A stretch of 64,000 bases of DNA from the human T2T-CHM13v2.0 reference genome, Homo sapiens: the NCBI RefSeq assembly GCF_009914755.1, contig NC_060935.1; one strand, written 5' to 3'. The position numbers and the translations under genes were made by a program. Below the pieces are notes generated by a model. That model did not search any database. It was not told the DNA's origin and saw only the letters and a program-made list of their open reading frames with translations. Numbering within the stretch: the stretch's first letter is position 1; the number at the start of each line of letters is the position of its first letter. Positions 13,451 to 27,510 of this stretch are shown piece by piece.

Positions 13451-14444
13451 TAAAGTTAAACAACCAATAAAATGGGATTATGGAGCCAGGAAGAGGTTTT
13501 GCCTATTTCAAGAAAACCCTAACCCAAGAAACCATAGAACCATAAAGTTTCTATGAAGCCTGCGTTACTGTGTATGACATTTTAATTCTGATTTAAAGGA
13601 AAAGAGACTGGCTGCGTTTAGTCAATCTAAGCTGGTTGTCTGACACACACATTTCCAAAGTTCTAATACATGTATTTTTTAAATTAGACTTGTTGTATCT
13701 TAGCTCTTTATCTCTATTGAGAACTTAATGAGTCATGATTTGAAAGTGCAGATCCTGGTAGGAACCAGAAGGTTTGATGGGTCACAAGCTTGTGAAAAAT
13801 TGCAGGTACTTCTAATCCCATTTTTAGAACTCCCTGTAGCCTTTTTTTCTGTCATTATAGAAGAACAGTTTCAGGGGTTGTAAACTTAGAAGGGTCTGTC
13901 AGCAAGAGATTTGTTGTTGAATCTTTAAGCTCTCATCAGAATGCCTTTTGTGGCTGCTGATGTGTTAAGTGCAAAGATGAAGAGTAGTGCCTGTAATGTA
14001 CTAATGTTCATCCACAACAAATGACCAGGTGTCCAGGAGAGCAGTTAGAAAAAGAGAGGATCTTTGTTTCCACAGAAAGAATCTAAAGCTAACATCTAAT
14101 ATAATAACTAAGGTCTGCGTTGGCTTTCCAGTTCATGAAGCACTTTCACGTTTCGCGGTCCTGTTGATTAGCTTCTTACTACTGCCCTTTATAAGGAGGT
14201 GGTTACCGTTGCACTAGCAGGAACTGGAGATACTCAGTGAGGTTGGAAAGGCCAAATAATGAAACTCCGGGAAGTATCTGTGGGTTTCACTGTTTTCATA
14301 CAGATGATGCCTAGCTTATAAGACTGTGGGAACCTAACTTAGAGTGACTAAGGTCGTTATGTACACTAGAGCATGTGATGTTCTTCCAGGTTTGCACGTG
14401 AAGAAAATAGAACCTTGGAGAATATTATATGTTCTCCGAGAATG

Positions 14445-14510
14445 TTAGGTTGAATCTTTGAAAAGTATTAGGTTGAATCTTTAAGAAATATTAGGTCGAA
14501 TCTTTAAAAC
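14445..14510. repeat. 23-bp tandem repeat, 3 copies
   Basis: ttaggttgaatctttgaaaagta / ttaggttgaatctttaagaaata / ttaggtcgaatctttaaaac. Confidence 0.85.
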
Positions 14511-14689
14511 ATTACTGATAATTGACTATTTCTTGATAAAAACAGTAATATCACATGATAGGTTGAATCTAATAACTATTTGTGTATTTCTGATTTGGTG
14601 TTGATTTTTGTGATTTGACTCTTAGAGGATAGTCTTTTTTTCACTCATTTTTAGGTCCATTGGGATTACCTTCCTCTTACCATGTTATA

Positions 14690-14825
14690 TATGACATTTG
14701 TTATTTTCTGTCATCAAATGAGGAGACAGAAGGTCAGACAGCTTAAGTGACTCGTCTAAAGTTGTACATAAGTTATGTACCAGGAAAAACCTCAGACTTC
14801 AAACCTTTTTTCCCTCTATGCCACA
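14690..14825 (-). mobile_element. MIR SINE
   Basis: caaatgaggagacagaaggtcagacagcttaagtgactcg. Confidence 0.65.
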
Positions 14826-14934
14826 TCAGCAGACAAAATGGCGAGGGGCCTTTGGAGCCATGAGGTATGAGGAACAGTTACAGAGGAACTATGGATATTT
14901 AGTTAATTTGGCTCAGAAAATACTTAGGAAGGGA

Positions 14935-15160
14935 AACATTGACTTTTGAGACACATAGACCTGGATTAAAACCCAGTGTATTGACTAGTTCTGTGATCTT
15001 GAACAAGTTTCTTAAACTCTCTGAGCCTAAGTTTTTTCCTTTGTAAAGTGGAGCTATATTAGTACCTCAACTCTAAATTTACTAAGAAGTAAGTGAGATA
15101 ACACTTGTGCATCACCTGTTAGTACACGGCACTTACAGACTTGTCCACAAATTATTTCCC
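14935..15160 (+). mobile_element. MIR SINE
   Basis: tgtgatcttgaacaagtttcttaaactctctgagcctaagtttt. Confidence 0.8.
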
Positions 15161-17407
15161 TCTCTTACCACGCTTTTCTAGAAGAGAGAAATCACATCCT
15201 TTTTTTGATTATCTTAGAAGTCATATCAAAGACCAGCATATGGGTGTTAAAATGTGGTAGCTTTCCTTGAAGTTTTTAGAGAGATTTTAGTGTTGTCTTG
15301 CCACTACTACTAGTAGTGTCCAGATAAAAGTCAAAAACCTCCCCTATAAAGGAGATTCTTGGTTTGATAGTGGTTAGTCCAGCTGACCTCCCAAACCTTT
15401 ACTACTTCTTGGGTTCTTTGAAGAAATGGCTAGAAACACAGAGAACAAAAGGCCAAAGCTTGGCATGTTGTCTTCATAAACAATCAAAAATATTCTGGAA
15501 AATTCAAAACTCTGAATATATAGCCCCCATTGTGAAAAGCAAAAATGGATGAAATCCTCGTTGTCTTGTGGCTGTTTTTATAGACTATATTTAACTTTTC
15601 AAAAGAATGTTTTCAGATTAAAGCTTGGTACAAACTTGAATATAAATTTATGTGGTTGCTTCATATTTATGATTCTTTGAAAGTCATCAGCACCATTTGT
15701 CTTTTATTTTCCATGATCTAGACATTATTCTGGGAAAGTAAAACATCTAGTAAGTTGTGTATATTTATAGTTCTTTAAATTTATGTAATACTTTTGGTTA
15801 TAGACAGCACGAGTGGAATCTCATTTTAACGACCAAATGAGATTCCAGAAGTGTTATATCCAAATCTCAATCACACTTAGAAGCCTATTGTTACAGCATA
15901 GTTGCTGTAAAGAACTTCATTGAATTTCTAAAATATTTGTACAAATCAAGCTTGTGTTAGATATTTATTGTGTTACCAATAACAGAGCGATGTCGGTTAT
16001 GCATGATGGATTTGGAGGATGCGGGGTGCCTTTTGAAGATAATTTACACTGTCTACATTTGATATGTAAAAGATCTATATTTCCTAATCTAAACTTGTGG
16101 ATCTGAGTAGATACAGACTTCACTATGGGAATCCTGTGGAAGGCACTTAAATAGCTCCCTGGCTTGGAGAATTTTGTCTTGGTAAGGAGAGGGTAGAAAC
16201 GCACAGTTCCCATTTGCTTTGCCATTTGTTGTAGCTTTCCAAATCTGGCAGAGTTTATCTCATCATTTGAAGTGAAACAGTCTAGGCTGAGGAAAATAAG
16301 TTTACATCAAGAAGGCTTATTAAGGCACAGCTGGATGGGGCTAGCAAATGTGTCTTTTTCCTTTTCTTTATCTTGCTTCTGTTTGTACCTTAGTGATTTC
16401 TTTTTCCCTCCCTCCTTCCTTTTCTTTCAGACGAAGGAAGACATTTAAAGGAAAGGTTTTTTTCCATCTACTTATTTGAAAATAATTTTCATGACAAAAT
16501 ACCAAATTTGACTGTCATTGAATGTTATACAAAGATAGGCATATTGGATTTATATACAGGACAAGATATTTCAGTGTAATGACTTTCCATTTCCAAATAT
16601 GGAAAGGTTTTTAAAAAGAAAAGATAGATTGGACCAAAATTTTTGTTTGTTCATGTGTTTCTCCCTGGAAGAAAAGGCAACTCAGCTGAGATGCACTGAA
16701 GTATCCTCTTGTGAAGAACGAGTTGCCTCAGTGAACTGGAGATTACATGTCAAAAGTTTATTTGTGGATATAGATGTGTACCACACCATCACTACAGCAA
16801 CAGAAAGTTTTCGTGTCTTTTTTCACCTATTTTTTGTGGCCAGCTACTGTTATTTCCACTGAATTATGATTTTTATATTGGTTTTCTTTTCTTGTTTTCT
16901 TTCCCTAATGTGGCAATTTAATTTTCCTTTTGAAATTAAATTATGATTATTTAAAAAATAATTCTCCTTGTTTTTGCCACAATAACCCATCAAGTCTTAT
17001 GACAAAGACTTCCTATAATGTTTCACTTGGTTCTTTCTTTTTTTGACATGTTATCATGGGATTCTCTATATTAAAGACTTCTTAGATTTATTCCAGCATG
17101 AACTGCTGTGGTGAATACTTGCCTTCCTTTGTCATTTGGTTGCCAAGGCCATATGTTAGTGCAAAGAACTTGTGCATTAGAGATTAACATAGTTGTTTTT
17201 TTTTTTCTCAGTTTGAAAACTTACTATGTATGTGAACTTAGAAAGATTATTTAACTGCTCAACTGTAATTTAGTGGCCTATGGTAGTGAATAGCCACTAA
17301 ATGCAACTGAAATACTTTTGCTTTCGTTAGCTTCCATAGTGTTCCACATTTGGCACTAACTAGAATTGAGGATAGAACACTTTTTTTTTACCGTGGAAAT
17401 TTTCTAA

Positions 17408-17705
<298 letters not shown>

Positions 17706-18449
17706 GAAATTTTCTAAGTCTTCTAAACATTTGGATTCATTATTGTGTAGATAATAAGATTAGCTGTATTCTTACAAAGATAAACAGGTAGCTTCCTATT
17801 TATATAAATAGTGTATACTATAGTTTAGATCCTTCTTCAAATTTCTGTAGTGAAATTAATATAGGTATAATATAATTTTCCTAAAATGGTAATTTCTACA
17901 TTGCTCCCACTGATAAAATATAATGGATAAGATTTGCAGCAGATTTGGGAGCACTTAGTAACACATGGTTATGGTATTTGGCCTGGCTATTTTGATACAG
18001 AGGCAATGTTGAAGGCCCCAAAAGACAAAGGTCCTTTATTTCACCTGTTCTTATTATCAAGTTACTTCAATAAGTAACCTTGGCCCTAATCTGATGACTC
18101 TCACCAGCTCTGGATGGGTGACATTAGAAATAGAATAAGAGTGCTATCTGTGCACAAAATTTTACTAATAAAAAATGAATTATACATTCTAATGGGGTTA
18201 TTATGACATGGCTTCTTTAAACAAGCCTTGTCAGAATGTCCCTTATTACCAGGTGGCCATATCAAAATGTTCTGTTGCTTCTTAAACCTATCAAGACCAG
18301 GTTTTTATAGATATTACTGCATATTTTTTCAGCTTTAAGACATGATGTTAAAAAAAATTGCTAGTAACTAAAGGCAATTTCCTAACTTTTGGATCCTTGA
18401 AGACTAGTTTTGAATAACACTCCATTTGACAAAATACTTTCTTAGCATT

Positions 18450-18841
18450 TGTATTGGTCAGTTTAGGCTGTCATAAAAATATACTTCAGACTGGATGGCT
18501 TAAATAACACATTTATTTTCTCAGAGTTTTGTAAGCCAGAAGTCCAAGTTCAAGGTGCTGTCAAGATTGGTTTCTGAGGAGGACTCTGTTTCACCCTCTT
18601 ACTGTGTTCTGACATGGCCTTTCCTTTGTGCTTGTGCAGCGGGGGGTGTAGAATGATACTGATCTGGTGTGTCTTCCTCTTCTTCTAAGTGTACTAAACC
18701 TATTGGATTAGGGTCCTACCCTTATAACCTTATTATCTGTTTTAAAGGCCCTGTCTCCAAATACAGCCACATTGGGGGTTAGGGCTTCAATAAGTTAATT
18801 TGGTGGTGGGAGTTGGGGGACAGAAAATTTAATCCATAACA
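18450..18841 (-). mobile_element. MaLR solo LTR (MLT1A-C-like)
   Basis: TG...CA ends, ggcttaaataacacatttattttctc...agaagtccaagttcaaggtg; 5-bp TSD GCATT on both sides. Confidence 0.85.
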
Positions 18842-19883
18842 GCATTGCCTTATGTGTTGGATATGTAAAAATTAATTAGACATCATCTTAATCTCTGAAG
18901 GGCCCACTTTCTAGCTCAGAAGCCCGCTGTGTAAACAGATTATCAGAGTATAATCTGGTAAATATGATAGCAGATATATTCAAATGACAGTCTCATTTTA
19001 GCTGGGTATTGAAAAAAATTGTAGGAGTTGATGTGTACAAGGAAAACGTAGGCACTTCGGCAAAAGGAAGTAACATCATATACCCTAGGGTTGCTCTGTA
19101 GCTAACAGGGAACCTCAAGGAGCATTTAAACAGGAAAGTAACATAATCCGGGTCATTTGGCCCAGACTTGAGACAGATGTGGAATTTCCTATTTCCTTAA
19201 GTATGTAATCAAAGCTATTATTACCAAGTGGTACTTAAAGCTGTATTTCTAGAAAAGCTTTCTTCTGTGCTATTTTGAAGTCTTGCTGCTATTGACCATG
19301 AATTTTTTATTTTGTAGCCTAAGGCATTTTTACATTGTTCTCTCTTTTGACTGACCTGAAAAAAGCCTTATTTTTATAAGTACCACATATTTATAGACAG
19401 ACTCTTATGCATCTTTTTGCTTTCTCTGAACCAAACCATACGTATTGTTTAAAACTTCTCCTTAATCATTTTTAAAATACTCTTTAAACCGTTTCTTAAT
19501 GCGTCACATGCATTGTGAGCACAAAATTTTACAGTATTAAAAAGGATTCAGTATTTTATCCTCTAGAAACCTTTGTAAATAGTCAAAAGCTTGTAGCTTA
19601 ATGGTAATATTCCCCCTCCCCTCCAAGATGGGGAGGCTGTTAAGTTTTATGACTGCCCTCCATAGGATGATTGCCTTTGTGCAAGTTTTTCTCATAGATC
19701 TACTTAGTGATGTGGAAGTCCTGGATGTAAATTAAAGATGAGTAAGCACAGTGTGATCATAATGGCAAGCCTGCTATTTGAGGTAAAGCAATCTGGGAAA
19801 ATAAGCCTTATAAAACAAGGTCTGTCTATTTCATAACAGGATTATAGTTTGGAGAGTGTTAATCCTTTCAATTCAGTAATATA

Positions 19884-20228
19884 TAGATGGTTCCCAACTT
19901 AAAGATGGTTTGACTTAGAATTTTCTGACTTTATGATGGTGTGAAAGTGATCCACATTCAGTAGAAGCCATGCTTTGAGTACCCATACAACCCTTCTGTT
20001 TTTCACTTTCAGTATTCAGTGAATTACATGAGCTATTCAACACTCTATTATAAAATAGGCTTTATGTTAGATGATTTCGCTCAATGATAGGCTAATGAAA
20101 GCATTCTGCACATGTTTAGGGTAGGGTGGGCTAAGTATGATGTTTGGTAGGTTAGATGTGTTAAATGCATTTTCAATTTGTGATAGGTTTATCAGGATGC
20201 AACCCCTTTGTAAGTCAAGGAGTATCTG
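19884..20228 (-). mobile_element. TcMar-Tigger non-autonomous element (MER47A-like)
   Basis: TIRs agatggttcccaactta ... taagtcaaggagtatctg flanked by TA dinucleotides. Confidence 0.8.
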
Positions 20229-21759
20229 TATACAGTAGTCCTTTTGTGATAATAAGGGACATATTTTAGATAAATAGTCTATATAGAGTTCCTAAATGTA
20301 ATTTAATTAAAAAAATTTTTTTTGCCACCACTCTATATGGTGCTGACCAATGTTGCTTTATCTTATGGTAGAATATCCTTCAAAAGCAAACCAGTAGGAG
20401 ATCCCTAACAAATAGTTGAATTGTCAGGTCTAAATACTTTTGTATTTTTAAACTCTGTTTACTTCCTATTGGAGAAGTGAATAGCATCAGGGTTGCTTTA
20501 CCATGAGGTAATTATGAACTGTGGGGAAAAAAGAAAATTAGAAAAGCATCCCATCCTCCATAAAATAGATTAGATAATCACTCCAAGTAACTTAAGAGTT
20601 CTCTGAAGTCATTTTCTTGCTTTCCTATACCATAAAACCTACATGAAATGGTGTTTGTTCAAAATATGCCCTCACACCTTTACATCTGGGAACAGGCAGA
20701 AGCATTCACATTTTCTGTGCTCATTTGAAAAGATAACTCTCGACGCCAGGGCATTCCATTCATGTTATAATCCTAGACTGCTTTATTCATGCTTTAATTC
20801 CACATCTGTCTCAGAAATGGAGGCAGTGGTTAGAAAAGATTGAGCACCTAGTCAATGAATGTTGGGCTGAAATGAGCTCAGCAATCTGTTTGACTAAAGA
20901 AGACTCGTGTTTAATTCCACCTTGTGAAGAAACGTGTTTTAAAACCCCATAACAACTTCATGGTGACATCTATAATGTAAGCAGTTAATCCTCTGTTGTG
21001 TAGATAATAAGGTAATTTGAAACATGCTCTTAAGTTGTTATATGTAAATAGAGAGTCAAATTTATTTATTTTCATTGATGGATGGGAAGTGAGACTTAAC
21101 AAGTTTCTTGTCTGTGTTAACTTTTGTTTCTATTTCTGTTAGTACTTTAGGAAATTACAGAGAAGTGCGTTTCAGTAATGTGCAAAAATGCTCTTGGAAG
21201 AAAGGACATTAAACTATACACGATACTATGCTTTTTGCTTTTGCTGGGCCAATGATATGACCTTGAGCAAATCATTTAAAATCTCTGGGTCTTCAACATT
21301 TCCTCATTTATTCTTAAAATGTTGCGTCCATATCCAAAGTTCTGTTATTCAATAATGTCTTTGTCCATTCGTTCCTCTTTTTTGCTCCTATCATTTCAAA
21401 TAATGATTATCATTAAAATCATTAAGTATTGGCTTTAAAGGAGCAGGAAAGGGATATGTTACGGGGTTTTTCCCCCCTCTCTTGACATGCTTTCTCTGCT
21501 TAAGGACACTTTGTACTAATTTTCACTAAAACTTGAGATGAGAGACTTGACTGGTGTTATTTAGGTGGCAAACTGGCAGAACCAGATCTAGAACCCACTT
21601 CCTGGTTCGTCCTATATTCAGTAGACCATATTACCTATGATGATTGCTTTTGAAGTTATATTAAAAAAATCACTGACAGAATCTCTGAAATTACTACTGA
21701 GAAAACAGTAGTAATTCAAGATATTATTTTTTGTTATATCATATTCTTTCCTGCATCTG

Positions 21760-22800
21760 TGCCTTTCCATCTGTTACCACGAATGAATCGTCCCAACTGC
21801 AGTTTAAGGCCAGCCTCTCTATTTGGTTGCTGGATCCCATCCTCTCGTTTCTCCTTGGGGATTTTGTTCCAGGATTATACCATGTCTCTTTTGTATTAGC
21901 AATTTCTCCGTCTTTACCAGATCTTCTTATTAGTATGCAAACATGTTATCTCTCTAATAAGGGGGGAAGTCTCTTTCTAGAGTCTGCATTCATCCTCAGT
22001 TTTGTCACATTGATTTCCCTTTATAGTAAAATGCCACAGAATTCTGTATGCTGTTATTACCACTTCCTCATCTCTCATCTCTTCAGGCTACTTACTCAGC
22101 ATGTTATACCTCCACTTGACCGAAACCTGTCTTTTCACAATCAGCAGCAACTTCTGTCTTATCAAATACAGTGGTCAATTCTGTCTTTATTTTACTGGAC
22201 CTCTCAGCCTTTGACACAGTTGTCTGTTCTCTCCTTGAAGCCCTTCTTCAGTAAACTTCAGGATATAAAGTTCTCCTGATTTTTCCATTTACCTCCCTGG
22301 GAACTCTTTTTCCATCTTCTTTCCTAACTTCTCTTCTACTTCCAGACTTGAAGTTGTTGGAATGCTTCTGAGCTTAGTCCTTGGACTTCTTTTCCTCTCT
22401 GTCTTCACTTGCTCCTGGATGATCTCATCCATTTTCAGCCTTTAAATATCTTTCCAATGTTGATGAACCCTAAATTTCTATCTCTAGCTGTGACCTCTCT
22501 CCTGAGCCCCTGGTTCATATATTTAACTGCCTACTTAATATTTCCACTTGGGTGTCTATTAGGCATTTCAAATTTATCACAACTAGACAAATTTTTTATT
22601 TACATATCTTCATCCTGATTTCTGCTAAATCAGTACCTCTCCAAGTCTTCTCCATCATGGTATATGCCATCATTACTCACCAGGTTGATTAGGCACAAAA
22701 CTTCCTTTAACATACCAGGCACATGGCTACCTCTGGGCCTTCACACTTGATGATCCCTATTCTAGAAAGCTTGTTCTCCCCCAGTCTACATATGGACCAT
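21760..22800 (+). mobile_element. L2 fragment (ORF2/3' region relic)
   Basis: ctggatcccatcctctc, ggacctctcagcctttgacacagttg, tttccacttgggtgtctattaggcatttcaaa. Confidence 0.8.
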
Positions 22801-22899
22801 CCGCACTCTGCCTGCTTCCCTCCTCCCTCCTTCGTTTCTCACCTTCTACCTCTTCCCCTCCTCCCGTAACTATTGATGGCTACCTACCAATTACCTGCT

Positions 22900-24079
<1,180 letters not shown>

Positions 24080-24619
24080 CATTTTCACAATTTTAATGGC
24101 TCATTAAATTTCCCCTGCCTCTGCCCCCATTTTCCCATACTCTGCTTTGCAGGTAGTAAGATAAAATGCTTTTTAATTGAGTTAAAACTAACAGCATGGA
24201 AAAATTTAGGGATGTACATGATAACAAGTGTAATACTCCCAAGGATAACCTCTGGGGCCAAAATTTAAGAATAATCAGGCAATTCAGCTAAGTCACTTTG
24301 AGGTAGAAAATCTTCTATTTATTACACATAGAGGTGTAGAGAATTAAGGGAAAAGATTTTACTGGGAAACTGAGACTTGAGCTGATCCATAAAGGAATAA
24401 TTGGATTTGGACATGTCAAGGGAAGAAGGCAAAATTCAAGTGAAGATACAGCAGTGGGAATAGCTTTCAGTGAACTAAAAATTAATTTACCCATGTATAA
24501 TACCAGGTTTTTGGCATTTTATTTTGAGAAGGGGAGGGGATAAGGGGAAGGGTATATGATTCATTCTCCTCTGATATCTGCATACCACTTGTTGGCTTCT
24601 GTAGGTGGGAAGTAGCATT

Positions 24620-24810
24620 TGTTAATTTCTTGTATTTGCCAGGCGCTGTGAAAGATATTTAAGCCTCAGAACTCTAAAAAGCAGGTTGTTAAATCCCCAT
24701 TTGCAGATGAGAAGATAAATTCAGAAAGCTTAGGTAAAATACATAAAGCAGTACCAGAGCTAGGGTTCAAACTCAGAGCTTTTAGCTCTACAGTCTGTCT
24801 TCTTCCTCTG
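24620..24810 (-). mobile_element. MIR SINE
   Basis: atccccatttgcagatgagaagataaattcagaaagcttagg. Confidence 0.7.
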
Positions 24811-25988
24811 AAAAATTATGTGCAAATGCATTTTTTTCCATAGGTCATTGTCAGTGGCCTGTGAAAATTCATTCTTCATACCAGATTTTTGGATAATAGA
24901 ATGTAAAAAGCCTCCTATACCCCCTGGAAATCTGAGTTCTTCTAAAAGGCCTTTTGAATTTTGCCGTTGAAAATCCATCCTCATTTGAATGCTGCCTGTA
25001 ACATTGCTTTACTTATCAGTCAAATTCAGGATATAAGATACCAGAAACAAAGTAGCTTTTATTTATTTGGAATGAAACAAATCAAAACCACTAGACAGGA
25101 GATAAGAAAGATGTTTCTTCAAGACAAACAAGCATTTTTCAGTTATTTAACCACCAAGTTAAGTTTGAATCTGTGTTCTTGTGTCGTTGTTTTCCAGCAA
25201 ACATTATTCCATGTGTCATATAAAACTAATCTCATTCATGACTGATCTCACCCATTGCTAATCTCATTCAAAACTGGTTTCATCAGGCGAAAATTCATGT
25301 GCTATTCTGGACATTTGTAGGTTATCCATTACTTTTATGACCATTGTTTTAGTGTAATGAAACATTACTGTATTTTGTCTTCTGGGCTGCCTTAGTCACC
25401 ATCCTTCTCTATTCTTCCTCAACTAAATATGTAACTCTTGGAAAATGGTATATTATATGAAAACACTAGAAATGGAATAATTAACTCCTTATTTCCATGT
25501 TGTAGAGTTTGGAAATACCTACAAATTAGAATATTTTTAATAGAGAAAAGGAAAATTGGGGTGTTTATCTATAATTTCAATCTTCTGAATGGGAATACTT
25601 TATTGCCATGTTGTACGTGGCCCATTTAGGTATCATGTAATATTTTCCTTTATCCAATGTGATAGTCAAGGCTATTAATAATAGAATAGAGATAATTAAT
25701 TGATATTTAGAAATAAGTACCTATTTCCAAAACAGAAAAGTAAGCATTCTTTTTTTAAAAAACCTTAGAAATATTTTTTTCTTTTATATTTGTCTGTATG
25801 TAGAAAATTAGTTGCTTGGGAAAGAGTTGTTTTTATTTTTGCTTTGTTCTAGTTCTGTCATTTTTTTTTCTTAAAAAAAAAGAAAAAACTGTGGTACAGC
25901 AAGTTTGTTAACGCTCTGAGCAGATTGCTAGTGAATTCTCTTGATGTAAGAATAAACCCACACTAACCGGAAACTCATAGTCTGCTTA

Positions 25989-26347
<359 letters not shown>

Positions 26348-27277
26348 AGAAATAGAGCTTTTTTCCCCCCCCACTTTCTAGTTACTAAATTGCCCTTGGT
26401 TTTTATAGTGTTTTCAATCAGAGGAAATGGGTATTACTTGTCTGAGATAGTGTTCTTAATGCTTATGAGCCGTATTTTTTAGGTTAGATGATTGATGGAT
26501 TTTAATAGCCTGCCAGTCACTTCATAGACAAGTCTTCTTAGGAGAGGAATAATGACTATAATGAAAATAAAGATATCAAACCATTTATATTATTTTTCTG
26601 GAGGCCATAAACCATAAAAAAAACCTCTCTGTATTGAATGTCAAATTAAATTTGAATAAGGGGTGGCAATACTATTCTAACATGAATTTATTGGTAGCAT
26701 GTCTGCACATACCATGGGTGGCTCCAATTATCTTAATACTTATACTTGTTCAATATATATTCCCCCCTTCCATTAGCATTGTAGTTATGTTGGCCAAAGA
26801 GTCCCCTAAACTTCTTTCTTTACTATACAGAAGCCCAATGATGATCTAAGTAAGTAAAATATACTCTCTTCTGGTTGTAAAGGTCATATGCCATTTGCTT
26901 CCTATAGTCAGATATAGTTGTTAATATTACTTGTCTTGACTATTTCTATATATTCCCTGCCTAACTTCTCTGCGCACACAGACTCCTGAAAGACTGTACA
27001 GCTGTACCTGTATTTTTGACTAGGGATTATGCTGCAGAATACCTATGTCCTTTCCTAATTGGATGAGATTGGCTTAAACTAAAGCATTTTACTAAGGATG
27101 CTGCATGGATGTGCTGCTGCACTGGTAATAGACTAGACGTGGGATATACATATTGATGTGTCTGACAAGATTTATCAAATTCTATCGTTTAAAAAAAAAA
27201 AAACCACTTTTTTTGAAAGCTAACCAATAGACCCTGGTGTTCATCTCCATGGTTGAAATCTATTTTTCTGCACTACA

Positions 27278-27510
27278 AGGTAGTATGATTTAGTGATAAG
27301 AACATAGTTTGTAGCTAGAAGACTTGATTCTAGTCCAGACCTTGCCCTTTTACCAACAGCATGGCCAAGGTATTTAATATCTGAGCCCTAGTTTCCTTTT
27401 TTATAAAATAGAAATAAAGGCCCATCAAATAGGTTTGTTTGAGAATTAAGGGTCAGTTTAGTGAAAGTGCTTTGTAAACTGTATTGATTATACAGATGTC
27501 AGAATTCTTA
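27278..27510 (+). mobile_element. MIR SINE
   Basis: ggtagtatgatttagtgataagaacat...ctgagccctagtttcctt...gtgaaagtgctttgtaaactgt. Confidence 0.75.

Noticed and set aside
14445-14570. CRISPR-like repeat/spacer appearance
   Set aside because: Eukaryotic intron; linkers are only ~8 nt and related to each other; no cas genes.
21731-22279. 182-aa ORF on +
   Set aside because: TTG start, lies in a decayed L2; Leu/Ser/Phe bias reflects pyrimidine-rich repeat DNA; no recognisable domain.
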